Part shown: positions 9,751 to 18,302 of the stretch, piece by piece | Position numbering within the stretch: position 1 is the stretch's first letter | Layout: each line of letters starts with the position of its first letter | Notes under the pieces: model-generated | What the model was told of the DNA's origin: nothing | Databases searched by the model: none | Seen by the model: the letters and a program-made list of their open reading frames with translations, nothing else | Program-made: the position numbers and the translations under genes | Source of the DNA: an uncultured Bacilli bacterium | GTDB taxonomy: Bacteria; Bacillota_I; Bacilli_A; RF39; UBA660 | DNA length: 64,000 nucleotides | Reading direction: 5' to 3' | NCBI GenBank assembly: GCA_944350315.1 | Contig: CALVON010000019.1 | Span: 6,164-70,163, forward strand

Positions 9751-11034
9751 ATGAAAGGAATGATAATTAAGATGGAAAAGAATAAAGGAAAAGAAGAAAT
9801 TGAAACAGAAAAAAAAATATTATCAAAAAATGAAGGTAAAGAAGATATCGATGAAGAAAAAAATGTAATAAAAAGAAATAATAAAAAGAATAAAATATTA
9901 ATAATAGCAGTAATATTAATAATTTTATTAGGTAGCAGTGCGCTACTAGTAATTTCTTATAGTAATAAAAATAATTTGTTTAATTTTAATAAAAATAAAG
10001 AAAAAATAGAATTACAGTATACAGAAACAAATGACACTGTAGAAGGAATATACATTACAGATGTATCTGGAATTGTTGAAAACGTTATGCCATCAATTGT
10101 CGCAATTACTAGTAAAACATTAGTGTCAACAGGAAAATATGGTCCTTTATACTTTGGCCAAAATCAATATAGTGAAGGTGCTGGTTCAGGAATTATTATT
10201 AGTAAATCAGATACAGAATTATTAATACTAACCAATAATCATGTTGTAGAAGGTGCTGAAGAACTGACTGTAACTTTTATTAATGACAAAAGTATTGATG
10301 CTACAATAAAAGGAACTTCTGAAAGGAAAGATATTGCTATAATATCAATAAAGTTAAATGATTTAGATGAAGATACTGCTAATGCTATTAAAATTGCTAC
10401 AATCGGCAATAGTGATGAATTAAAAGTAGGAAATGGTGTAATTGCCATTGGAAATGCCCTTGGATATGGTCAATCAGTAACAACTGGTGTAGTAAGTGCT
10501 TTGCACCGAGAAGTAACTATTGATGATTATACTAACGAAATGATTCAGATTGATGCTGCTATTAATGGAGGAAATAGTGGTGGTGCCCTTTTAAACAGTA
10601 ATGGTGAAGTAGTAGGTATTAACTCTGCTAAATATTCATCAAGTAGTAGTTCTGGTGCAAGCGTTGAGGGAATGGGATTTGCTATTCCCATAACAGATGT
10701 AGAAGAATTAATAACTGACTTAATTAATGGAGAAGAAGAACCTCAAGGAGCAACTCTAGGGGTTGAAGGATATATGATAGATGAAAGTTATAGCATGGTC
10801 TACAACATTCCAACTGGTTTTTATATTTCTAAAATAACCAATAATAGTGCCGCTGATAAAGCAGGATTATCAATTGGAAATATCATAACTAAAATAGATG
10901 GTGAAGAAGTTGAAAAATTTAGTGATCTAAGTAACGTTTTATATGAGAAAAAAGTAGGCGATACAATAACATTAACTATAAAATATATTAACGGTAAAGA
11001 ATATTTAGAAAAAGATATAAAAGTTACATTATAA
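9751..11034 (+). CDS. htrA: HtrA/DegP-family serine protease with a C-terminal PDZ domain
   Basis: N-terminal TM anchor. Triad contexts TNNHVV, KDIAII, GNSGGAL. PDZ segment GLSIGNIITKIDGEEV. The start may be an internal Met (MEKNKG). Confidence 0.9.
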   Translation: MKGMIIKMEKNKGKEEIETEKKILSKNEGKEDIDEEKNVIKRNNKKNKILIIAVILIILLGSSALLVISYSNKNNLFNFNKNKEKIELQYTETNDTVEGIYITDVSGIVENVMPSIVAITSKTLVSTGKYGPLYFGQNQYSEGAGSGIIISKSDTELLILTNNHVVEGAEELTVTFINDKSIDATIKGTSERKDIAIISIKLNDLDEDTANAIKIATIGNSDELKVGNGVIAIGNALGYGQSVTTGVVSALHREVTIDDYTNEMIQIDAAINGGNSGGALLNSNGEVVGINSAKYSSSSSSGASVEGMGFAIPITDVEELITDLINGEEEPQGATLGVEGYMIDESYSMVYNIPTGFYISKITNNSAADKAGLSIGNIITKIDGEEVEKFSDLSNVLYEKKVGDTITLTIKYINGKEYLEKDIKVTL

Positions 11035-11107
11035 ATTTATATAAAATGTCAATAATAATTATATACTTGCGTAATGTAAAAAATATTATATAATTATTAT
11101 AAAGGCA

Positions 11108-11689
11108 GTGATATATGTGGAAAATTTTTATGAATGGATTATTAATTTAATAAATAATTTAGGTGAAGTAGGAATGATTATTAATTGCCTATTAATTGTT
11201 TTAGAATCCGTCATTCCTCCATTACCTCTTGCATTATTTATTACAATTTTATTTACCAATTATGGCCCAGTAATAGGATTTTTAATATCATGGATATTTA
11301 CTGTTATCGGCTGTACAATATCTTTTTATCTATTTCAAACAGTACTAAAAAAATATGTTGATAAAAAAATTAGAAAATATGAATTTGCAGATAATTTTTT
11401 AAAAATTGTTGATAAAATAAAATTTTCCAATCTAGTATTATTAACAGCAATCCCATTTACTCCCGCTTTTGCAATTAACATTGTTTCAGGTATTTCAGAA
11501 ATGAACATAAAAAAATTTTTACCAGCAATTTTAATAGGAAAAGTATTTATGATTGCTTTTTGGGGATATGTTGGAACTAATCTCATAGAATCAATTAAAA
11601 ATCCCATTTCTTTAATAAAGGTAATTATTCTATTAATATTCGCATATATTGTAAGTAAAATTGTTAATAAAAAATTTAAATTAGATTAA
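11108..11689 (+). CDS. DedA/TVP38-TMEM64 family membrane protein
   Basis: VLESVIPPLPL... motif typical of SNARE-associated/VTT-domain proteins. About 5 TM segments. GTG start as listed. Confidence 0.65.
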   Translation: MIYVENFYEWIINLINNLGEVGMIINCLLIVLESVIPPLPLALFITILFTNYGPVIGFLISWIFTVIGCTISFYLFQTVLKKYVDKKIRKYEFADNFLKIVDKIKFSNLVLLTAIPFTPAFAINIVSGISEMNIKKFLPAILIGKVFMIAFWGYVGTNLIESIKNPISLIKVIILLIFAYIVSKIVNKKFKLD

Positions 11690-11732
11690 AAACATTAATA
11701 ATAAAAAACTTTTGATTCATAAATATTAATCT

Positions 11733-12266
11733 TTATTTATCAAAAGTTTTTTCAATTCCATAACATTCATTATGCTTATCATAAAATATAGGATTTTTAC
11801 TAGGATAATATGTAAAATAGTAAAATACTACATAAATTAATATTACTAGTAGAATTCCAATAATTTTATTATTACTAATTGGTCGATAACACATTAATTT
11901 ATATACAATGTACTGAATAAAAACAAAAATTAAAAATAATAAAGAAATAGATATAATTATGCTATGACCAATAAGCGCATCAATTGGTAAATATATAATA
12001 AGATAAGTAATTATTCCTAAAATAATTCCTATACTATAAGATAGAAGAAAATTATTACATTTAATTTCTTTTTTCTTATAATAAAAGTATTCAAAAATAG
12101 CAAATATTAATAGTGGTGTAGCAATTAATTTCATATGTTCCCAAATACTTTCATTAACAGGAAATAAAATACTAGTAAAAAAATTAGGAATAAGATCATA
12201 AACATAATGACTAATAAATGAAATTATAAAAATAACAAAAATTCCAATAATTTTAATCTTTTTCAT
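11733..12266 (-). CDS. Polytopic membrane protein of unknown function
   Basis: 177 aa, about 5 TM helices, PVNESIWEHMKL motif. Family not confidently recalled. Confidence 0.5.
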   Translation of the reverse strand: MKKIKIIGIFVIFIISFISHYVYDLIPNFFTSILFPVNESIWEHMKLIATPLLIFAIFEYFYYKKKEIKCNNFLLSYSIGIILGIITYLIIYLPIDALIGHSIIISISLLFLIFVFIQYIVYKLMCYRPISNNKIIGILLVILIYVVFYYFTYYPSKNPIFYDKHNECYGIEKTFDK

Positions 12267-12424
12267 ATATTATATATTATGAAAAGCAAATATAAAAAAT
12301 ACTACTATTATATAAATAAGTATAACCAATTATACTAGTTTTTTTAATTATCTTATGATATAATTCAATTGATTTAAAAATTAATTATATCTAAAAATGT
12401 AAAAAAAGAAAGCAGGTGTAATTT

Positions 12425-13696
12425 ATGTTTATAGATGAAGTAATAATGGAAGTAACTGCTGGAAGAGGCGGAGACGGATGTATGGCTTTTTTAAGAGAAA
12501 AATTTGTTCCTATGGGAGGACCAAATGGTGGCAATGGCGGTAAAGGAGCTAATATCGTTTTTAAAGCTGATGAAGGATTAAAGACACTAATTGATTTGCG
12601 ATATTTAAAAAATGTTAAAGGAGATGCTGGACTAAACGGAGAAGGAAAAAATAAAAATGGTAAATCAGCTGAAGATAAAATTATCAAAGTTCCTGTAGGA
12701 ACTACCATAAAGGATTTTGAAAATAATTTCATAATAGCAGATTTAACAAAGCATAATGAAGAAGTAGTAGTAGCATATGGCGGAAAAGGTGGAAGAGGCA
12801 ATGTAACATTAGCTACTAGAAATAATCCTTGTCCCTCTTTTGCAGAAAGAGGTGAACCTGGCGAGACAAGAAAAATTAAAGTTGAACTAAGAATGCTTGC
12901 AGATGTTGGCTTAGTAGGTATGCCAAGTGTTGGCAAATCAACAATATTATCAATGATTACTAATGCTAACCCTAAAATTGCTTCATATCATTTTACAACT
13001 TTATCACCCAATTTAGGTGTAGTAACTACCAAAGAAAAGTTTAATTATGTTATCGCTGATTTACCAGGATTGATTGAAGGAGCCGGAGATGGAGCAGGAC
13101 TAGGACACAAATTTCTAAAACACATAGAAAGAACCAAAATAATTGCCCATATAATTGATATGTCAGCTTCAGAAGGAAGAGATCCATACGAAGATTATTT
13201 AATTATTAGAAAAGAGTTAGAAAAATTTAGCCCTAAATTATTAAATAAAAAAGAAGTAATTATCGCAAACAAGATGGATTTACCAAGTGCTAGAGAAAAT
13301 TTAATAAATTTTAAGAAAAAAATAAACCAAGAAGTATATGAAATATCTGCTATTAATAATCAAAATCTTGATACAATTATTAATGTTTTAGGAAAATTAG
13401 TAAAAGAAATTCCTAATGAGACATTATACGAAGAAGACGTCCAAGAAAGTCACGTACTATATAAATTTAAAGCAGAAAAACCATTTACTATTATTAAAGA
13501 AGATCATGTATTTATTATAAAAGGTGAAAAGGTAGAAAAAATATTTAAAATGATAAACTTTAACACTGAAGAAGCTATCTCAAGATTTGCTAAGAAATTA
13601 AGAAATATGGGTGTTGATGAAGAATTAGAAAAATTGGGAGTAGAAGAAGGCGACATAATTAGAATTCTTGACTATGAATTTGAATATACTAAATAA
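12425..13696 (+). CDS. obg: GTPase Obg/CgtA
   Basis: MFIDEV...AGRGGDGCMAFLREKF glycine-rich Obg fold, G-domain GMPSVGKST / DLPG / NKMD, C-terminal OCT domain. Confidence 0.97.
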   Translation: MFIDEVIMEVTAGRGGDGCMAFLREKFVPMGGPNGGNGGKGANIVFKADEGLKTLIDLRYLKNVKGDAGLNGEGKNKNGKSAEDKIIKVPVGTTIKDFENNFIIADLTKHNEEVVVAYGGKGGRGNVTLATRNNPCPSFAERGEPGETRKIKVELRMLADVGLVGMPSVGKSTILSMITNANPKIASYHFTTLSPNLGVVTTKEKFNYVIADLPGLIEGAGDGAGLGHKFLKHIERTKIIAHIIDMSASEGRDPYEDYLIIRKELEKFSPKLLNKKEVIIANKMDLPSARENLINFKKKINQEVYEISAINNQNLDTIINVLGKLVKEIPNETLYEEDVQESHVLYKFKAEKPFTIIKEDHVFIIKGEKVEKIFKMINFNTEEAISRFAKKLRNMGVDEELEKLGVEEGDIIRILDYEFEYTK

Positions 13697-13735
13697 ATAA
13701 AAAGTAAATAATATTTGTAAAAGAAATGTAAAATA

Positions 13736-13764
13736 TTGACATAAAAACAAAAATATTATATTAT
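13736..13764 (+). promoter_or_regulatory. Candidate promoter of the T4SS cluster
   Basis: TTGACA (13736-13741), a 17-nt spacer, then TATTAT (13759-13764). AGGAGG RBS 7 nt before the ATG at 13791. Confidence 0.4.
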
Positions 13765-13790
13765 AAACATAAGAAAAAAGGAGGAATATT

Positions 13791-14102
13791 ATGCTAATAT
13801 CGGCTGTAGCTTGTGAAAATTTAATGCCAATAATAAAACTTATTAAAAATGGAGTTATTCCTTTGATTCAAATAGGAATTCCTATAGTCTTAATTTTATT
13901 AGGAATGCTAGATTTAGGTAAAGCAGTAATGGCTTCAAAAGAAGATGAAATTAAATCAGCTCAAAAACTACTTATTAAAAGATGTATTTATGCTGTAGCA
14001 ATCTTTTTTGTAGTTTTAATAGTTCAATTAGTATTTAGTCTAGTAGATAATAGTGGAGATTTAGGTCAAAATAGTTGGTATGATTGTTGGAAGCAAGCGT
14101 AG
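13791..14102 (+). CDS. Small two-TM VirB2/TrbC-like (pilin-like) conjugal transfer protein
   Basis: 103 aa with two hydrophobic helices separated by the charged loop ASKEDEIKSAQK. First gene of the T4SS operon. A paralogue of the C-terminus of the next ORF. Pilin assignment rests on architecture and position only. Confidence 0.5.
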   Translation: MLISAVACENLMPIIKLIKNGVIPLIQIGIPIVLILLGMLDLGKAVMASKEDEIKSAQKLLIKRCIYAVAIFFVVLIVQLVFSLVDNSGDLGQNSWYDCWKQA

Positions 14103-14124
14103 TATAAAAAACATAGTTAATTTA

Positions 14125-14157
14125 ATAGAAAAAGTTCTATCTTTTTCTATTTTTTTA
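14125..14157 (+). terminator. Rho-independent terminator/attenuator directly after the small pilin-like gene
   Basis: ATAGAAAAAG (14125-14134) / CTTTTTCTAT (14141-14150), a 10-bp perfect stem with a 6-nt loop, then TTTTTT. Followed by the TGtTATAAT extended -10 at 14158-14166. Confidence 0.65.
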
Positions 14158-14204
14158 TGTTATAATGTATACGTGATATTTTACTTTATTAAGGAGCGAA
14201 CTTT

Positions 14205-15038
14205 ATGAAATATAAAAAATATATATTTTTCTTATTAATTATAATGATTTTTGGTTGCAATAAAATATATGCCATCACTACCTGCAAGGAAGAAAATGCT
14301 TGTTATTACATTTCAGCAGAAAAAGATACTTTTATGTGTTACAACCCCACACAAGACAAAATTACAATATCACTTACGCCAGAAAATAATGGGAAGACAG
14401 ATCCACTTATTAATAAAGATAAGAGTAAAACAGATGGAACTACAGGGATAGTAGTTAAGGCTGTTGGCAATGAATGCCCCAAATATCTTGTGTATAGGCA
14501 CAAAGATCGTTTTGGGATTGATTCTGACGGAATTTGGGGATTTAACGACAAAAGTTCCGCAGAAAAATTTGCTAGCGCATCAAATAGTGTAAAAAAATTT
14601 TCAACATATGTAGCAAGTACGGAAACAGAGAACGGAGAAACAATTACTAAAGATGTCTATGATAGGCAATTAGTAGAAGCCTTATTTGGCGATATTGATT
14701 CGACGGAAATTGGCGAAATTGATATAAACGGCAATATTGATTGTAGTGAATTATTTGGATCAAAAGATGATCCAAATAGTATAAGATACATGATAAATGA
14801 AATATTGCAATATCCAAAAATAATAGTACCAATACTAGTTATATGTTTTGGTATATTGGATTTTGCAAAGGCAGTTATTGCTAGCAAAGAAGATGAAATG
14901 AAAAAAGCTCAAGCCACTTTTATAAAAAGAATTGTTATTGGTGTTGCATTCTTCTTTATTCCAGTAATTGTTGATATAATAATGGGATTAGCAAATATAG
15001 TATGGGAAGGGTTAGGATATACTTCTTGCAATATTTAA
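14205..15038 (+). CDS. Secreted Cys-containing protein with a C-terminal pilin-like module
   Basis: Signal/lipobox-like N-terminus MKYKKYIFFLLIIMIFGC. About 180-aa extracytoplasmic domain. The C-terminal ~95 aa align with the 103-aa protein (GILDFAKAVIASKEDEMKKAQATFIKRIVIGVAFFF vs GMLDLGKAVMASKEDEIKSAQKLLIKRCIYAVAIFF). Confidence 0.55.
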   Translation: MKYKKYIFFLLIIMIFGCNKIYAITTCKEENACYYISAEKDTFMCYNPTQDKITISLTPENNGKTDPLINKDKSKTDGTTGIVVKAVGNECPKYLVYRHKDRFGIDSDGIWGFNDKSSAEKFASASNSVKKFSTYVASTETENGETITKDVYDRQLVEALFGDIDSTEIGEIDINGNIDCSELFGSKDDPNSIRYMINEILQYPKIIVPILVICFGILDFAKAVIASKEDEMKKAQATFIKRIVIGVAFFFIPVIVDIIMGLANIVWEGLGYTSCNI

Positions 15039-15054
15039 ATAGGGAGTGATATAA

Positions 15055-17415
15055 ATGTTTGATATTGAAGGAAACTTAAGAGTAGTTGCTGCAATGTTTT
15101 GTAAAGTAATATATGAGCTTATAGCACTTATATATGAACTTTTTATGGTAATTGCAAGAGTAAATATTTTATCTTCGGAAGAAATTGCTCCCATTTATCA
15201 AAGGGTAACAATGATATTAACAATAATAATGGTTTTTTATATAACTTTTGAATTTGTAAAATATGTTGTTCAACCTGATACAATAAATGATAAAGAAAAA
15301 GGTGCGGGGAATGTTGCTTTAAAAATGATAGTTGTAATACTATTGATTGCCTTTGTCCCTAAAATATTTACAATGGCTTATGATTTGCAAGGAAGAATAA
15401 TCGATAATCAAGTTATTTCTAAAATAATAATAGGGAATACAAGTATAGATAGTAATGCAGGAACATATGGTAGAGAATTTTCTAAAGAAGTACTGGCAGT
15501 TTTTTATAAAGTGAATGAAGAAGTATGTGATGGATGTGTAGAAGCTGATATAGTTAAATACAATTTGGATAGGTTAGCTTCAAATGGTGATTTAAAATAT
15601 CTAAAAACTAATTTAAAAGAGTATGAAAAAGTTAAAAACCCAGTAACAAATAAAAAAGAAGAGGTTCCCATCATTGATTTTGATGGAATATTAGCAATTA
15701 TAGTTGGTTGCTTAATAATCTACATATTAGTTTTATACTGCATTGATGTTGGAACAAGATATGCTCAATTGATATTTTTACAAATAATATCTCCTATCGC
15801 TATTATAGGATATTTAACTCCTAAGAAAGATAATATGTTTACAAAGTGGGTAAAGCAGTGTACGACAACTTATATAGATTTATTTATAAGAATAGCAATA
15901 ATATATTTTATTTTATTGCTATGCCGAGTGCTAGGAGATGCATATGGAAGTGGTAAGTTGTTTGAAGAATTAGGAGAAATATCAGTAGGGCTTAAAACAT
16001 TTACATATATTGCTTTAATATTAGGGTTATTGGTATTTGCAAATAAAGCTCCAAAAATGCTACAGGAGTTATTCCCAAATAGTGGAGCGGCAGGAATTGG
16101 ATATGGATTGAAAGGTTCAGAAAGAGTTGCACCAATGGCTGCTAGAACATTAGGTGCGGGACTTGGAGGACTAAATAGAATGGTCAGAAGTGGAATTTCA
16201 AGAGGAGTAAATACGCATAAAAGAAATGTTGAAAACGAAGATAAAAGGGCAACTAAAGGAGAGAGAAGAGAACATAGACAAGATAACCGAGCAGCTAATA
16301 GAGATTTAAAACAAAAAAGAAGAAATTTGAGAGCAGTAAGAAAAACCGGTGGTAATGTGCAAGCAGCAAGGGAGGAATTAAGGCGAGCAAGGGAAAATCA
16401 AGTAGAAGCACGAAGCAAAATAGCGGAAGATAAAAATACCCGAAAACGTAGTGTTGTTGGCGCAACACTAGCAGGTGCAGGACAAGGAGCATTGACAGGC
16501 GCGAGCGCTGGATTTGGAGCAGCAAAACTTGGGGATATAGGCAAGAAAATACAAGAGGGAAATAAAAAAGAATTAGAGGCAATAACAGCTAGAGAAAAAT
16601 ATTATGATGCTGGTGGTACTGGTGAATTGGCAAGAATGGGCACAAGAATTCAACAGTCAATGGGAATTCAAACCGATTCGCAAAGAACAGCAGAAGAAAT
16701 TAAAAGAATGGATTCAGAAATCAAAGCTGGAGAAACTTTAATTTCAAATCAAAGAGCTTCAAAAAAATCTGTTGATAGTGCTGAAAACAGAGGAAAAGAT
16801 AAAGCGAAAGCTGGAGAAATAAAAATATCAGCAGCTGGAGCAATAATAAAAACTGGAATTGGCACAGAAGTGGCAGCGATAAAACCTGGGGAAACTTTAA
16901 GCGACGTTGCGTTAAGATATAGTAAAGAAGCAGAAGTTGCAAAGTCTGCATTAGATGCAGCAGTTAAGTCAAATGCTTCACAATCGGTTATTGATGACTT
17001 AATTAAAAAATCGGCAGATGCAGATACTAGGGCAACAACAGTATTAAAGAATGTGTCTAGAGAAGCATTTACTAGATATTTACAAAACAAGGTTAATCCT
17101 AATGAAAAACCAGATGCAGTATTAATAAATCATATAGAAAATGTTAAAAATGATCTTAATGTTGCATTAAGAGATAAATCAACATTTGAAACATTAAAGA
17201 GGAGACTTGATTCAGCTAGATTTAATACATTAATAAAAGGAGAATATGAAAAATTTACATTTGATGATATAGATGAAATAAAGAACATATTACTTGATAT
17301 TTCAAATGATAAAGAAAGAGAAATAAGTAGCATTAAAGATTACAAAACAAGAATTGAAACAAGTTCAATGTATGATGCTCAAAAAGCTAATGCAGATGGA
17401 GGCGGCAAAAAATAA
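15055..17415 (+). CDS. VirB6/TrbL-like polytopic T4SS membrane protein with a ~400-aa charged C-terminal extension
   Basis: The N-terminal ~390 aa hold at least 6 TM helices with a large loop, as in ConG/TcpH/Orf15-type proteins. The C-terminal half is Lys/Arg/Glu/Ala-rich and predicted helical. Confidence 0.6.
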   Translation: MFDIEGNLRVVAAMFCKVIYELIALIYELFMVIARVNILSSEEIAPIYQRVTMILTIIMVFYITFEFVKYVVQPDTINDKEKGAGNVALKMIVVILLIAFVPKIFTMAYDLQGRIIDNQVISKIIIGNTSIDSNAGTYGREFSKEVLAVFYKVNEEVCDGCVEADIVKYNLDRLASNGDLKYLKTNLKEYEKVKNPVTNKKEEVPIIDFDGILAIIVGCLIIYILVLYCIDVGTRYAQLIFLQIISPIAIIGYLTPKKDNMFTKWVKQCTTTYIDLFIRIAIIYFILLLCRVLGDAYGSGKLFEELGEISVGLKTFTYIALILGLLVFANKAPKMLQELFPNSGAAGIGYGLKGSERVAPMAARTLGAGLGGLNRMVRSGISRGVNTHKRNVENEDKRATKGERREHRQDNRAANRDLKQKRRNLRAVRKTGGNVQAAREELRRARENQVEARSKIAEDKNTRKRSVVGATLAGAGQGALTGASAGFGAAKLGDIGKKIQEGNKKELEAITAREKYYDAGGTGELARMGTRIQQSMGIQTDSQRTAEEIKRMDSEIKAGETLISNQRASKKSVDSAENRGKDKAKAGEIKISAAGAIIKTGIGTEVAAIKPGETLSDVALRYSKEAEVAKSALDAAVKSNASQSVIDDLIKKSADADTRATTVLKNVSREAFTRYLQNKVNPNEKPDAVLINHIENVKNDLNVALRDKSTFETLKRRLDSARFNTLIKGEYEKFTFDDIDEIKNILLDISNDKEREISSIKDYKTRIETSSMYDAQKANADGGGKK

Positions 17416-17446
17416 TTGATACAAACAAAAAGGAGTGTGATACTTA

Positions 17447-17764
17447 ATGAATGGCAGTTTAGTTCCTGCAAATACTAAAAAATCATTACTAGTATTTGGA
17501 ATGTTTAGACCACTTCCGGATTTATTGATACTAGGAAGTGGTATAGGAATAACCGTTATACTATTATTAATATTTGGAGATGCAAGTACATGGATTTTAA
17601 TGTTATCTTGCATCCCAATGTTAATTGGATTAGTATTGGTATTACCAATTCCCAATTACCATAATACATTATGTGTAATTGAAAGTATTTTAGGATTTTA
17701 TAATGGAAGAAGAAAATTTATATGGAGAGGTTGGTGCATGAAAGATGAGTACAAAGACAAGTAA
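17447..17764 (+). CDS. PrgI/VirB3-like small T4SS membrane protein
   Basis: 105 aa, two TM helices, immediately upstream of VirB4 and overlapping it by 20 nt. Confidence 0.5.
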   Translation: MNGSLVPANTKKSLLVFGMFRPLPDLLILGSGIGITVILLLIFGDASTWILMLSCIPMLIGLVLVLPIPNYHNTLCVIESILGFYNGRRKFIWRGWCMKDEYKDK

Positions 17765-18302
17765 TTCAAAATATACTGAAGATTGGATACCCGTAAAAAA
17801 TATAACAAATGGGATGATTGAATTAGATAATAAGTACAAGGTAACAGGAGTAAAAGTTATACCTAGAAATATTTTCATTTTAGACAATAATACGCGAAAC
17901 AATTTAATAGCAATGCTAAAAACGTTTTATGACACTATAGATTTTGAATTTTGGTTAATATCTGCAGATAGGCCTGTTGACATATCAAATTATTTAGCTA
18001 CATTACAAATTCAATATAATCAGGTTGGAGATCCAAGAATAAAAAAATTAATAAGTCAGGACATAGAAAAGGCAAATGATTTTATGAGAGATAATGTAAC
18101 TGATACAGAATATTATATTTTATTTAAAGAAAAAAACGTGGATATTATTCAAAAAAGACTAAGAACTTTGATGCTTGGTTTATCAAATTGCGGAATAGAC
18201 TCTGTTCAAACTTCAAATGCAGATTTAAGAACAATGCTAGAAAGCTTTTTAAATGGTGGAATGAAAACTGAAAATAAGGCGGTGTTACCTAGTGAACGTT
18301 AA
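17745..18302 (+). CDS. VirB4-like ATPase, N-terminal domain encoded as a separate ORF
   Basis: EDWIPVKNITNGMIELDNKYKVTGVKVIPRNIFILD... matches the typical N-terminus of Gram-positive VirB4 homologues (TcpF/PrgJ/Orf16 type). 185 aa. The stop overlaps the next ORF by 11 nt. Confidence 0.7.
   Translation: MSTKTSNSKYTEDWIPVKNITNGMIELDNKYKVTGVKVIPRNIFILDNNTRNNLIAMLKTFYDTIDFEFWLISADRPVDISNYLATLQIQYNQVGDPRIKKLISQDIEKANDFMRDNVTDTEYYILFKEKNVDIIQKRLRTLMLGLSNCGIDSVQTSNADLRTMLESFLNGGMKTENKAVLPSER

Noticed and set aside
12391-12936. 181-aa minus-strand ORF rich in Pro/Ser/Leu
   Set aside because: It lies entirely antisense to the glycine-rich N-terminal domain of obg, because the GGN codons read as NCC (Pro) on the other strand. 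It has no RBS and is low-complexity, so it is treated as a shadow ORF.
16295-17333. Several minus-strand ORFs (16295..16582, 16721..16951, 16749..17090, 17130..17333)
   Set aside because: All are antisense to the charged tail of the VirB6-like gene. They are Leu/Phe/Ser-rich mirror frames with no RBS and they overlap one another.
18265-18302. Programmed ribosomal frameshift joining the two VirB4 ORFs
   Set aside because: No slippery heptamer or downstream structure was seen, and a +1 shift would be required. A GTG start with AAGGCGG at a 9-nt spacing gives a simpler explanation (reinitiation/coupling). An indel or sequencing error cannot be excluded without reads.
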